A stretch of DNA of 64,000 bases from an uncultured delta proteobacterium (lineage in GTDB: Bacteria; Desulfobacterota; Syntrophorhabdia; Syntrophorhabdales; WCHB1-27), in the NCBI GenBank assembly GCA_963717985.1, contig CAVQYC010000005.1, positions 265,106-329,105 of the forward strand, read 5' to 3'. Shown here piece after piece: positions 27,971-37,440 of this stretch. Under the pieces are notes generated by a model that worked only from the letters and a program-made list of their open reading frames with translations, made no database searches and was not told where the DNA came from. Numbering within the stretch: position 1 is the stretch's first letter; each line of letters starts with the position of its first letter. Both the position numbers and the translations under genes were made by a program.

Positions 27971-28945
27971 TTACTTGAGGAATCTTTCGACAATGCGAAA
28001 CAGGCGGTAAACTAAAGCTTTAGGGAGTGCAATAGCCGGGACGGTAAAGAGCCAAAAGTAGAGATACCCACGGTACAGGGGGTACAGGGAGCGGAAGTAA
28101 TTTTCGGGGATGAGGTTGATCACCTTGCTTCGGGCGAGCGCGAGCATGGCCGGGAAGTGCATCAGCAGGAGCTTCCGGTTAATCGCGCGGAAGTATCTGT
28201 CATCCACGCCTTGTTTTCTGAATATATCGAAAATTTTGTTGAAGTTGTGCCCGAAGACCTGACACAGGGCGTATCCGCTCCAGTCATGGACTCGTGCCGC
28301 GAGCAGATACTCATCAACGTACACCTGTTTTTTGGCATTGAATAGGGCCGAAAATATCCACGCGAGGTGGACGAGGTTTGAGTCGAGGAACGGACGCCAT
28401 TCGGAAGGCTCCTCGACTAAGGTGCGGTTGAATATATTGGCTGACATGAACGCGAACAGGTAACGGGCCCTGTTGACGAAGGCCAGGGTGTCCGTATAGA
28501 CGGTATAGCCCGTCGGCCTGTCGGCCGGTTTCTCCCGGACAAAATCGCTCTCAAAACCGTATGAGTTCAGAAAGACCACGCCGTAATCTCCGCCCCTCAG
28601 GATGGGGAGTAGTTTGTCCAGCGCGCCATCCAAGAGCACGTCGTCATCCCCTGTCATGAGCACGTACTTGCCTTTCGCTTTCCTGTAGCACTGCTCGAAG
28701 TTTCTGTCCGGGCCGATGTTTTCGGCGTTCTTCAGGTAGGTGAGAGGATGGCCGAGAGAGAGGTATTTGTGGACCACCTCCTCTGTTGCATCAGGCGAGC
28801 AGTTGTCCGAGATAAGAAGCTCCACCTCACTTTCGTGGGTTTTTAGTTGACTGCAAATGTTATGAAGACATATATCAAGGTACGATGCCCTGTTATACGT
28901 TGGCACCGCGATGGTGAAGAGGTAAGAGGGGGCGGAAGCGGTCAT
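27971..28945 (-). CDS. Family 2 glycosyltransferase
   Basis: AVPTYNRASYL, ISDNCSPD and GDDDVL (DxD). Start set at the ATG that forms an ATGA overlap with the upstream gene's stop (28942-28945). The ORF track extends the frame to 29023. Confidence 0.8.
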   Translation of the reverse strand: MTASAPSYLFTIAVPTYNRASYLDICLHNICSQLKTHESEVELLISDNCSPDATEEVVHKYLSLGHPLTYLKNAENIGPDRNFEQCYRKAKGKYVLMTGDDDVLLDGALDKLLPILRGGDYGVVFLNSYGFESDFVREKPADRPTGYTVYTDTLAFVNRARYLFAFMSANIFNRTLVEEPSEWRPFLDSNLVHLAWIFSALFNAKKQVYVDEYLLAARVHDWSGYALCQVFGHNFNKIFDIFRKQGVDDRYFRAINRKLLLMHFPAMLALARSKVINLIPENYFRSLYPLYRGYLYFWLFTVPAIALPKALVYRLFRIVERFLK

Positions 28946-30306
28946 ATAGTTTGCCAGGCGCGCTTTTTCGTTCTGAATATCCAGAGAATCCAGGGAAAGC
29001 CCCAGACGCAGCCGGAGAGCCATCCGAGAAAGAAATACTGGGGAGCGAAATACTTGGCACAGAGGACGGTCGTCAGCGTGACGTAGATGGCGGAGAGCAC
29101 CGAGGGCAGCACGAGCGGTTCCTGCTTGTGGGCCCGAAGGTAGGTAGCAAGGCCGTTAACGATGATCTGCAAAAACCAGGCGATTGCGAGAAAAAGCATG
29201 GAGAGCGGGTCGGAAAAGCGGTCTATTATCGCGTACCTCCCTTTCAAAAGGTAGATGAGGGCAAAGATCGCGAGACCGCCTGTGAGAAACGTTGCCCCTG
29301 AAAAGAGCAGGTTCCGCCAAAAGAGCGCATCGAGGCCGGTCCAGTCGCGCTTCGACACGAGCATGTTCAGCCGCGGCGTCACGGCGTAGATCCATGAATT
29401 GGAGACGGCAAAGATGCCTATCCAGAGCATGACGGAGAGGCCCACCCTGCCTGCCTCCACGGGGCCGTGGAACTGGAACGCCAGAGGGGTGTAAACCTGG
29501 AAGATGAAATAACCCGAAGACCAGCTCAGGGCGTAGCGCCAGAGAAGAGCGAGGACGTGGCGCCTCCATGAATAGGCGGCAGCCCTGGACTCGGTAATGA
29601 AGGCGCCGAAGAGCGGTCCGTACCGCCGCCAGACCGCGTAGAGACCGTAGAGCGCCGCCCCGAGCATGGAGAGGGAGAGCGCGTAGAGGCCGAAATGGAA
29701 CACGAGGCCCAGCCACATGAGCACCATGGTCAAGGCCGTGATGAAAAGCCTGAGCCTCTGGATTGCGGCGACCAGGTTGCAGCCCTCCAGAAAGCAGAGG
29801 AGGCCGCTCGTGAAGAAGGTGACGCCTCCCCCCGCCACGTAAACGACCCAGGGAATACCCCAGCGGATGGCGGTCTTCTGTTGAGAAAGGAAGAGGAACC
29901 CCACGAGAAAAATAACCGGAAAGGCCACCACGGCAACGGACAGCGCCCACTTGGCACAGAAAACGAAGAGGCTCGCAAGCCTCTTCTTGTGCTCCTCGCT
30001 ACCGACAATGTCATTGCTGTCGAATTTCAGATAGGCGAACTCGTGGGCGGCAAACTGCAGGGTCACCTGAAAAAAGCCAAGCTCGGCGAGCATGGCCAAC
30101 GCAGCGAGGCTCGTCATGGTGAACCAGTATCCCTGCTGCTCTTTGGTAAGGAAAAGCGGGATCAGGATGAGTGTAAAGATGCCCGAAAGCCCGCGAAAAA
30201 GCTGGTTCGCCTGCGTAAAGATGACGGCTTCATGCAGATACCTCTTCAAACTACTGCCCTGACAAATGCTTTCCTCATTGCATGCCGTCCGGCAACCTAT
30301 TTCCAT
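28942..30306 (-). CDS. Wzx-like oligosaccharide/polysaccharide flippase family membrane protein
   Basis: About 12-14 TM segments. The N-terminal pattern FRGLSGIFTLILIPLFLTKEQQGYWFTMTSL resembles Polysacc_synt-type flippases. Start codon uncertain. Confidence 0.55.
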   Translation of the reverse strand: MEIGCRTACNEESICQGSSLKRYLHEAVIFTQANQLFRGLSGIFTLILIPLFLTKEQQGYWFTMTSLAALAMLAELGFFQVTLQFAAHEFAYLKFDSNDIVGSEEHKKRLASLFVFCAKWALSVAVVAFPVIFLVGFLFLSQQKTAIRWGIPWVVYVAGGGVTFFTSGLLCFLEGCNLVAAIQRLRLFITALTMVLMWLGLVFHFGLYALSLSMLGAALYGLYAVWRRYGPLFGAFITESRAAAYSWRRHVLALLWRYALSWSSGYFIFQVYTPLAFQFHGPVEAGRVGLSVMLWIGIFAVSNSWIYAVTPRLNMLVSKRDWTGLDALFWRNLLFSGATFLTGGLAIFALIYLLKGRYAIIDRFSDPLSMLFLAIAWFLQIIVNGLATYLRAHKQEPLVLPSVLSAIYVTLTTVLCAKYFAPQYFFLGWLSGCVWGFPWILWIFRTKKRAWQTI

Positions 30307-30366
30307 ACACGGTCGTCAAGCGAAAACGGACGTGGGTTGCCGGTACCTCTCCTCCCGGCCGGCCGA

Positions 30367-30768
30367 TCATCGCCAGAGAGTTTTGAGGCCAAGCTTTTTG
30401 TAAGGCCCCAGCCCCCTGTCTTTTGTAATGAGCACGGCATTTCGGTTGAGAGCCTGCCATACAACGAGCCGGTCAAAAGGGTCTTTGTGCGAACCCCTCG
30501 GAAGCTTGTAGAAGGTCGACGCCGTCTCTGCATCCACGTCCATGGTCTCGAAACTCATTTGTTGGGAAATGCCGGGAAGGGCGTCCGGCAAGACATTCGT
30601 CAGCACGAGTTTCCCGAGGGCATATTTCAATGATATCTCCCAGTATGTTGCCGCGCTTACGTACACTCTATTGTCAGGGTCCTCGATTGTTTCCCGGGCT
30701 TTTTGGCTGAGTTTGTCCGGGTCGAATAACGTCCAGAGAAAAACATAGGTATCAAGGAGATAGTTCAC
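30367..30768 (-). CDS. PIN-domain toxin (VapC-like)
   Basis: The N-terminus YLLDTYVFLW and C-terminus LITKD fit the PIN acidic pattern. It overlaps the upstream antitoxin stop by 4 nt. Confidence 0.8.
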   Translation of the reverse strand: MNYLLDTYVFLWTLFDPDKLSQKARETIEDPDNRVYVSAATYWEISLKYALGKLVLTNVLPDALPGISQQMSFETMDVDAETASTFYKLPRGSHKDPFDRLVVWQALNRNAVLITKDRGLGPYKKLGLKTLWR

Positions 30769-31013
30769 GACGCGAACAATTCTTCATCTGTTATCTGAAA
30801 CGGCTCACAGACTTCAAACCTCGCCTTGTCGTGCAGCGGCCCGAGTTTTCTCCGTCCCTTGGGGCGATACTCATCGTACGACACGATTACCGCGACCCTT
30901 TCTCTCTTCTTTCCGTAAGCAACGGCTATCTTCTCTCCGCCCTTCACCCGTTCCAGCACCTCCGAAAAATGTGCCTTGATCTCGCCGACGCCTAACGTTT
31001 TCACTTCATTCAC
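30765..31013 (-). CDS. Phd/YefM-family antitoxin
   Basis: 82 aa. KTLGVGEIKAHFSEVLERVKGGEKIAV is a typical Phd/YefM N-terminal fold signature. Confidence 0.75.
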   Translation of the reverse strand: MNEVKTLGVGEIKAHFSEVLERVKGGEKIAVAYGKKRERVAVIVSYDEYRPKGRRKLGPLHDKARFEVCEPFQITDEELFAS

Positions 31014-31112
31014 CTCATTCTCACAGAGAAATTATAGCCTGGTGTTTGACAAGTTGTCAAGAATAAAGGACGGCCCTAATCGTTCCGGCCGGGTGCCGTC
31101 ATGGACAAATAT

Positions 31113-31268
31113 GCGCAACAAACAGTCTTCTTTTGGCATTGTTTGCCCTTTTTTGCACGCATTTGTCACCAACCGTTTTGCAACCCCTTCCGGATCCCCT
31201 TCTCCCGCAAGCCTTCCAGAAGGGGGGTTTACGAAAGTGGACGAAAGTGGACGGTTTCAGGGGGGGTG
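31113..31268. repeat. ~0.16-kb repeat block with tandem 10-bp GTGGACGAAA units, the counterpart of 20319-20516
   Basis: TTTACGAAAG, TGGACGAAAG and TGGACGGTTT at 31228-31257, preceded by CTTCTCCCGCAAGCCTTCCAGAAGG. It aligns to the reverse complement of 20319-20516. Confidence 0.8.
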
Positions 31269-31457
31269 CATGCCCATTCGACGGAAGATGGGCGACGGGA
31301 GAGGGGAGCAACACTGCTATCCGAAGGGCTGTCGCGGCTCAGTTGTCAAAGAACACGGCCGGGCACGTGATCTATATACGCGGCCTTGGGCTCACACGCT
31401 GACGAAGTGCGGGCGCCTATGCGATATAGTATCTCTCAATCCCTTCTTCCCGTCAAA

Positions 31458-31522
31458 GTGACAAGGAGGGGTGACAATCAGAGACGACAAGGAGAGGTGA
31501 CAACCAGGGGTGACAATAGGCA
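31458..31522. repeat. Five tandem 13-bp repeats (GTGACAA-type)
   Basis: (G/A)(T/C)GACAA starts at 31458, 31471, 31484, 31497 and 31510, an exact 13-bp period. The array ends 3 bp before the IS3 copy 2 terminus. Confidence 0.85.
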
Positions 31523-31561
31523 TGTTGACCCCTGATGTCAATAGTGGACACGAAATATCTT

Positions 31562-32422
31562 TCATGCCGCAACCTGTCTGGCGTGGAACTGCCTCCCATA
31601 TGCCACGGGAGATAGATAGCCAAGCCGTCTCTGACGCCGCTGCCGGTTGTAGAAGACTTCAATGTATTCGGTAATGTCTCTGCGTGCCTCCTCTCTTGTT
31701 CTGTAATGCCGGTGGTGGACAAGCTCGTTCTTCAAGGTGCCCCAAAAGCTCTCCATAGGGGCGTTGTCGTAGCAGTTGCCCTTTCTGCTCATTGATGCCT
31801 TCATGCCGAACCGTTCGAGCAGCTTCCGGTATTCGTGGGAGCAGTACTGACAACCGCGATCAGAGTGATGAATGAGTCCCCTGGCCGGGCGCCTGGACCC
31901 TACTGCCCGGGAGAGGGACTCCTTGACTAGGTCCGTGATGATCCTCGATCCCAGGGCGTAGCCGACGATCTCCCCGTTGAAGAGGTCTTTGTGAGCGGCG
32001 CAGTAGAGCCAGCCTTCTTCGGTGGGCACATAGGTCAGGTCACTGACCCAGACCTCGTTTGGAGCTTCTACCCTGAAGTTCTGTTCCAGGAGGTTCTCCG
32101 CCACGGGAAGCGTATGTTTCGAGTGCGTTGTTGCCTTGAACTTCCTGATTTGTTTGCACCGTATCCCCAGTTTCTCCCTGATCCGTCTGATCCTGCAGAT
32201 GCCCACCCTTATCCCATGTTCCGCAAGGTCTGCCTGAAGCTTCTCAGGCCCTGAGGTCTCACGGGTCCTTTTGTGGGCGACCCGGATCTCTATTTCCAGC
32301 CGTGCTTCCTCCCTGGCATGTCTTGAAGGAGGAGCATTGAGCCATTTATAGTATCCGCTTGCCGATACCCTGAAGAAACGGCACATCCGGGGGATGGAGT
32401 ACGTGAGTCGCATCTGCTTCAT
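31562..32422 (-). CDS. IS3-family transposase OrfB (copy 2)
   Basis: Protein identical to 19409-20269. Confidence 0.9.
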   Translation of the reverse strand: MKQMRLTYSIPRMCRFFRVSASGYYKWLNAPPSRHAREEARLEIEIRVAHKRTRETSGPEKLQADLAEHGIRVGICRIRRIREKLGIRCKQIRKFKATTHSKHTLPVAENLLEQNFRVEAPNEVWVSDLTYVPTEEGWLYCAAHKDLFNGEIVGYALGSRIITDLVKESLSRAVGSRRPARGLIHHSDRGCQYCSHEYRKLLERFGMKASMSRKGNCYDNAPMESFWGTLKNELVHHRHYRTREEARRDITEYIEVFYNRQRRQRRLGYLSPVAYGRQFHARQVAA

Positions 32423-32742
32423 CAGCGCGTACCGGGCAGCGACCCTTTCGCAAAGTACGCGGCTGCCTTTTTTAGTAGATCACGTTCCATCTTCACTTCG
32501 GCCAGTTCTCTTCTCACCCGTGCCAGTTCCAGCTCTGTTTCCGAGAGGGTCTTCTTCGTCTTCCCCACTGATGCGAGTTCACCCTTCTTGTGGGCCTTTA
32601 CCCAGTACCTTATGGTGGTAGAAGGGATTGATAGCTGAACGCCCACCTGCCTGACGCTGAAGCCGTTTTCTATGACCAGCTTGACCGCCTCCTCCCGGAA
32701 CTCTCTCGAATAGACGCCATAGGGGATCTTCTCCTTCGCCAT
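32422..32742 (-). CDS. IS3-family transposase OrfA (copy 2)
   Basis: Protein identical to 19089-19409. Confidence 0.85.
   Translation of the reverse strand: MAKEKIPYGVYSREFREEAVKLVIENGFSVRQVGVQLSIPSTTIRYWVKAHKKGELASVGKTKKTLSETELELARVRRELAEVKMERDLLKKAAAYFAKGSLPGTR
32467..32473 (-). promoter_or_regulatory. Programmed -1 frameshift heptamer A_AAA_AAG (copy 2)
   Basis: CTTTTTT on the plus strand is the mirror of 19358-19364. Confidence 0.7.
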
Positions 32743-32955
32743 AGTGACACCTCCGTCTGCTTCTGTATTGTACCTCAACTTTGGTGTCCACTAAATCCAT
32801 CATACTCTATGTTTGAGATTTTTTGATCGGCCTGTTGTCATATTACCGGCTGGCAGCGAGACGCCGGAGAATATCAGTATTGACGCGAAAGAAGCATAAC
32901 GCCGAAGGCATGGCGAGGGTAGCGAGACTCATCATGGTAAACCATGTTCTGTTAC

Positions 32956-33693
32956 TTATCGTACTTCTTTTGCGGCGTAAAAATCAGTATAGAAATATCG
33001 ATCATGAATCATGTCATCGAAATTGTCATGCTTTTTTATGTGAGGAAATCTAACAGAAAGCCCTAAATTTTCCAAGAGCTTAAGGTATTCATTGGGCCTA
33101 ACTCCCGCCTTGTTGAGTGCGTAAGGCCACAATTCCCCCAGTATGACAAGAGATGAAGAATGGTTTATTGTTTCAACAGCCCCTTTGATGGCGTAAAAAT
33201 CGTATCCTTGGATATCGATCTTGATGAAGTCGACCTTTTCACTGTTGTTGAGATAATCGTCGATAGAAACAGACTGAGTTTCAACGCACTTTCTGCCTTC
33301 GCCGCTGTCAAAAGTCTGATGGTCCACATTAAATCTGTCGGAGAGGTAGAGTTTCAGTTTCCCGGTTTTGTCTCCGCAGGCCAACTGACGCACGGTAACA
33401 TTTGCAAATTTCCTTGCATTTGCACTAAGACGCCTGAAATTAAGTGCATCCGGCTCAAAGGCTATGACATGCCCCTTTTCGCCCACCAATTTTGAGAATA
33501 GAATAGAATAGAAACCAATATTCGCGCCGATATCTAGAACCTTCATTCCGGGCTTGACGGTTCTCTTGATTAACGCAATCTGTTCTCTATCGCTCACGGT
33601 TTTATAGAGAAAATACAGAGGTTTGTAAAGAAAATAGAAATGCCTGTAGAGCCCGTTAAAACACGTGTATACGGCGTATAGCAGTTTATTCAA
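32956..33693 (-). CDS. FkbM-family SAM-dependent methyltransferase
   Basis: VLDIGANIGFYSILF followed by VIAFEPDALNFRRL and ACGDKTGKLKLY is the FkbM family pattern. Confidence 0.8.
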   Translation of the reverse strand: MNKLLYAVYTCFNGLYRHFYFLYKPLYFLYKTVSDREQIALIKRTVKPGMKVLDIGANIGFYSILFSKLVGEKGHVIAFEPDALNFRRLSANARKFANVTVRQLACGDKTGKLKLYLSDRFNVDHQTFDSGEGRKCVETQSVSIDDYLNNSEKVDFIKIDIQGYDFYAIKGAVETINHSSSLVILGELWPYALNKAGVRPNEYLKLLENLGLSVRFPHIKKHDNFDDMIHDRYFYTDFYAAKEVR

Positions 33694-33883
33694 GTTTACC
33701 TTTCAGATTGTAGCCAACATTGGTTCTTATCTGTCCGGAACGGCTTTTGAAGGCGGGCCCGAAACGGCGAGAATGTGTTCGGCCAAAACGACATAGGACC
33801 CTGACAAAGTTTCCCGGCATTGTGTTCTCCGGCGCAGCGCGAGCTATGCAGGGTGCTTGACGCGGCAGACCGGTCATCACATA

Positions 33884-34675
33884 TCAGGTTCGCATGAAAA
33901 TGAACTCATTACAGCCCGTCGGCACGCCTGCCCTTACCGTCCGAACTGTGACAAAACCCTCCTTGTTCAGGACCTGCTCGATCTCAGGCACGGAAGCATA
34001 TTCGTAGGGATACCCACCCACCCAGTCCACGACATTGAAATAGAAGTCCATGCCCCGCTGCTGCTTCTTGGGGCTCCGGCGGGCAACGGCAAACTTGGCA
34101 AGATAGATAACAGGATACAGCAGGGCCACTAACGGTTTTTGAAGGAGGGGGAACTTATTGTAGCTGTATTTAATGACGAGCCACGCAGGGCTTGTCCAGT
34201 GTCTGTTGTAGATGGCGATTATGAGTTGTCCTCCCGGTTTGACAAGGGAGCATACGTTTTTCAAGGCCATCTTCATATTGCCTGTATGGTGAAGCACGCC
34301 CCAGGAATGAACGATATCGTACTGTCCGCTCCTATCCGGCGATCTGTCTCGCAACGTTTTCACCGCATCTCCCTCGATAATCGAGCCAACCACAAGGTCC
34401 ACTTTCCGATCGTTCGCCTCAGGAAAATAGACGTGGTTCCTCTCTATTACTTCACGGCATCTGGGATTTATGTCGCATCCTACCGCGCGTGCTCCCTGCT
34501 CTGCCGCAATCAGAAGGCTGATCCCCTGTCCGAATCCGACATCAAGAAAAGAGCGATCGCGCAGTTCTATCCCCTGGAATAACGCGGCAAAGTCCCTCCT
34601 TGCCTGCGATATCTTTTCCTCGGAAAGCGCAGCCTGAGAGAATTTTAACCAGTTTCTACCGAAATCAAACTGCAT
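33884..34675 (-). CDS. Class I SAM-dependent methyltransferase
   Basis: Motif I FLDVGFGQG, an acidic loop GCDINP and post-I YDIVHSWGVLHH. Confidence 0.8.
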   Translation of the reverse strand: MQFDFGRNWLKFSQAALSEEKISQARRDFAALFQGIELRDRSFLDVGFGQGISLLIAAEQGARAVGCDINPRCREVIERNHVYFPEANDRKVDLVVGSIIEGDAVKTLRDRSPDRSGQYDIVHSWGVLHHTGNMKMALKNVCSLVKPGGQLIIAIYNRHWTSPAWLVIKYSYNKFPLLQKPLVALLYPVIYLAKFAVARRSPKKQQRGMDFYFNVVDWVGGYPYEYASVPEIEQVLNKEGFVTVRTVRAGVPTGCNEFIFMRT

Positions 34676-34744
34676 GAAGGCCCATGGAATAGAACGATAC
34701 CCCGAACATTATGACATGTTCACTATCGCGGTCCTATGCCACTG

Positions 34745-35446
34745 TCACGTGACGATGCCGACTATAGTGAACCTCCTGAGAAAGGTCAACCTTAGTTTGT
34801 ACAACTTATCCTCATCGCTTCGAGATCCTGACGTGAGAAATGTAAGCACCTTGACGCATCGGCTCACCAGAAACCCGCCAACTCCGGTAAAAGGCCCGTA
34901 GGTATATCGGCTCCCTGCTATACGAAAACCGGCGTCGTACAATAGTTGCCTGGCACGGCGCAGAGTGGTCACGTAGTTGTGCGTAAAATCACAGTTAAAA
35001 AAATCGGTTTTCCAGTCAAGGCTGTCCGGACTGATGATTGACAAGATACCTCCGGGTCTCAAAACCCGACGGGCTTCCTTAACAAACTGTTGCGCGTATT
35101 CAGCATCAGCCAAGTGTTCGAGGACATCGGCTATGATCAGAGCATCATAGGACCGGTCAGGCGCCTGTATGGGCGGGACCATGAAATTGCTTATCGTCCT
35201 TATCCCGAGGCCGGTTAATAGTGAATTCATCAGCGGATTGGGCTCACATGCGTCGAACCGTGAGAAACCACTGTTGATAAATATCCGAGCGAGCAGGCCC
35301 TGCCCCGGGCCAATTTCCAGTATTTCGGCTTCCCTGGAGCTCAGGAACCGGCTTATGTAGACCTGTTCTCGACGTTTGGTCAGTTTTTCAAGCCACGCAC
35401 CGACCTGCGTGGGAGTGCCGCGAGCAAAGTGATCAAAAAAGGCCAT
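34745..35446 (-). CDS. Class I SAM-dependent methyltransferase
   Basis: Motif I ILEIGPGQG, YDALIIADVLEH and LRPGGILSI. Confidence 0.8.
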   Translation of the reverse strand: MAFFDHFARGTPTQVGAWLEKLTKRREQVYISRFLSSREAEILEIGPGQGLLARIFINSGFSRFDACEPNPLMNSLLTGLGIRTISNFMVPPIQAPDRSYDALIIADVLEHLADAEYAQQFVKEARRVLRPGGILSIISPDSLDWKTDFFNCDFTHNYVTTLRRARQLLYDAGFRIAGSRYTYGPFTGVGGFLVSRCVKVLTFLTSGSRSDEDKLYKLRLTFLRRFTIVGIVT

Positions 35447-35481
35447 ACTGTCAATCCTCTGAAGCGTTTTGCTGGATTCTT

Positions 35482-36309
35482 TTATAGGGGCTGTTTTCGA
35501 GCGACCACAAACTTCATATCACTGCACCTGTCTCTGAAACGCTCATACAAAGCCACGCCTCCTTTGGGCCTATAGAACAGGTAGTCTTCATTCCGCACAA
35601 GAACGCATTGCCGGCATAGGGTCTCAAGTACCTTACCCCAGTCTACATGGTCGTCAGGCCAGACATGAATGTCGCCTTCTCTCTTGTAGCGCCGGTTTAC
35701 AAACAACTTGATTAACGCAGTTTTATAAAGCGACAGCGAGAAGAGGTCTCCGTCCCTCATGAGTTGTGCCAAGTGATCGAGGATGCGGTAAGACGTCAGA
35801 GCCTGATATTCACCTAACACGCCATCAGGCCTCCAATGGTTGTCGGTGAACTCGTGGTCTATATAAAGCAGGCCCCCTGGCTTAAGCACCCGGACCAACT
35901 CGTTCACCGCGCGAAGGTAGTCCGGAACATGGTGTAAGACCGAATATGTGACTGCCATATGAAACGTGTGATCAGCAAAGGGAAGATTCTCCCCGGCGAA
36001 GAGTGTCGTATTGAGACGATCGGACCCCATTTTTTGCTTCAGGATATCAAGTGACATCCTCGAAACATCGCAAGCGGTTACCAGAAACTTTTTCTCAAGA
36101 AAAAACTTTGTCAGGTTCCCGGTTCCCGCTCCGAAATCCACCACATGTATTTCGCCATGTTCTGCGTAGCTCGCTGCCAAGTCTGCGACTATTTTTCCGA
36201 TTCGACCTTGTTCGATATCATTAAAGATCTCCCGGTGCTTTGAATCGTAGGTGTGCGCCATTCTGTTTTGAGAGCCGCCATTCAATTTAGACAGATTGTG
36301 ACGAGTCAT
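35482..36309 (-). CDS. Class I SAM-dependent methyltransferase
   Basis: Motif I VVDFGAGTG, ACDVS, VTYSVLHHV and LKPGGLLYI. Start codon uncertain. Confidence 0.8.
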   Translation of the reverse strand: MTRHNLSKLNGGSQNRMAHTYDSKHREIFNDIEQGRIGKIVADLAASYAEHGEIHVVDFGAGTGNLTKFFLEKKFLVTACDVSRMSLDILKQKMGSDRLNTTLFAGENLPFADHTFHMAVTYSVLHHVPDYLRAVNELVRVLKPGGLLYIDHEFTDNHWRPDGVLGEYQALTSYRILDHLAQLMRDGDLFSLSLYKTALIKLFVNRRYKREGDIHVWPDDHVDWGKVLETLCRQCVLVRNEDYLFYRPKGGVALYERFRDRCSDMKFVVARKQPL

Positions 36310-36315
36310 TGAGTC

Positions 36316-37440
36316 TCACGCACACAGCAATTGTTCATAAATTGTCCTGAGCTGGGACACGTAGCGCTCGACATCGTACTGTCTCGATGTGGCAAGCCCC
36401 CCGGCCGTGAGCTTGTCTCGCAAATCAGGCTGTGACCGGAGGAGCAGGATTTTGTTCGCCAAATCCTCCGCGTTGCCCGTTTCAAACAGAAGGCCATTCT
36501 GACCATCCTGAATTATTTCGTTCAGGGCTTCGGTATTGGAGGCAATTACAGGCACACCGAGGGCTTGGGCCTCGATCTCAACCAAACCCTGCGGTTCCCA
36601 TAATGACGGCACGACCAGACAATTCAGGCCCATATAGAATGACTTCATGTCTTCGATCTGGCCAAAATAGATGATACGGTCTGCCCGTGCTCTCTCCCTG
36701 ATCGCCTCAAGAACCCGCTGCTTTTCGGGGCCGTCGCCGGCAATCAGGAATTTGAATGCCGGGAACTTCCCGAAGACGTGATCCGTGGCGTCCAGAAAGG
36801 TCAACCAGCCCTTGCGATGCACCAACCTGCCCGCAAAACCGACACGGAAATCTGAGGCATCAGGACCCCGAGCACTGTGGTCCAACCTTCGTCCTCTATC
36901 TGAGACGGGATCGGCATTGCGGAAAAGTGGATCAACGAAGTTGTACAGCACGCTAATTTTGTCGGCCCTGATACGGGAGCGATTGATCAACCGATTCCGG
37001 GTCGCTTTGGAGATGGCAATGAAACCATCGACCTGAAGAGAAGCGATGCGAAGAAACGCCGCATAGAGCCTGTCCCCTGACACGCTACCCAACTCCGACC
37101 CGAAAATCCGCCCATGTTCATGAAATATCAGCTTTATCCTGGGAAAGAATAGCGTCTTCAACAACCAACCGAATACCTGTGACCGAAAGAGATGGCAGTG
37201 AAGAACATCTACGGGATGGCCACTAACCCATTTCCGCAAACCAAGCAGGGGCATTAGAGAAAAGCGCCATTCCGAATCGTTGATAGTGACTCTTGGATGC
37301 TCTACAGGGACAGGGTTCTTCACGGGGCGCAAAACGTAAAGGGAAACATCCGGGTCCTGGCGTTGACGCTCCAGCAATCCTTTGACAATTATCTGGGCTC
37401 CACCTCTTGCCAAAGAGTCCACGACATGAAGCGCTCTCAT
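36316..37440 (-). CDS. Family 4 (GT-B, group 1) glycosyltransferase
   Basis: N-terminal HVVDSLARGGAQ and the C-terminal E-x7-E region EPQGLVEIEAQALGVPVIAS. Confidence 0.85.
   Translation of the reverse strand: MRALHVVDSLARGGAQIIVKGLLERQRQDPDVSLYVLRPVKNPVPVEHPRVTINDSEWRFSLMPLLGLRKWVSGHPVDVLHCHLFRSQVFGWLLKTLFFPRIKLIFHEHGRIFGSELGSVSGDRLYAAFLRIASLQVDGFIAISKATRNRLINRSRIRADKISVLYNFVDPLFRNADPVSDRGRRLDHSARGPDASDFRVGFAGRLVHRKGWLTFLDATDHVFGKFPAFKFLIAGDGPEKQRVLEAIRERARADRIIYFGQIEDMKSFYMGLNCLVVPSLWEPQGLVEIEAQALGVPVIASNTEALNEIIQDGQNGLLFETGNAEDLANKILLLRSQPDLRDKLTAGGLATSRQYDVERYVSQLRTIYEQLLCA

Larger units (their letters stand above)
31526..32805 (-). mobile_element. IS3-family insertion sequence (element 2), copy 2, inverted relative to copy 1
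   Basis: Reverse complement of 19026-20305. Encoded proteins are identical. I found two nucleotide differences, both synonymous (equivalent to 19552 T/C and 19906 G/C). Confidence 0.85.

Noticed and set aside
29695-30633. 312-aa plus-strand ORF and a 264-aa minus-strand alternative-frame ORF (29156-29950) over the flippase gene
   Set aside because: Both give highly charged, low-complexity translations. The frame 28942-30306 gives a coherent multi-TM protein that is coupled to the downstream GT2 by an ATGA overlap.
19026-32805. Interpretation of the IS3 pair as a mobile composite transposon carrying the 11-kb block
   Set aside because: The cargo includes the conserved housekeeping pair nadK-recN and radC. 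I found no shared target-site duplication at the outer ends. An inversion-prone segment, or two independent targeted insertions, is more plausible.
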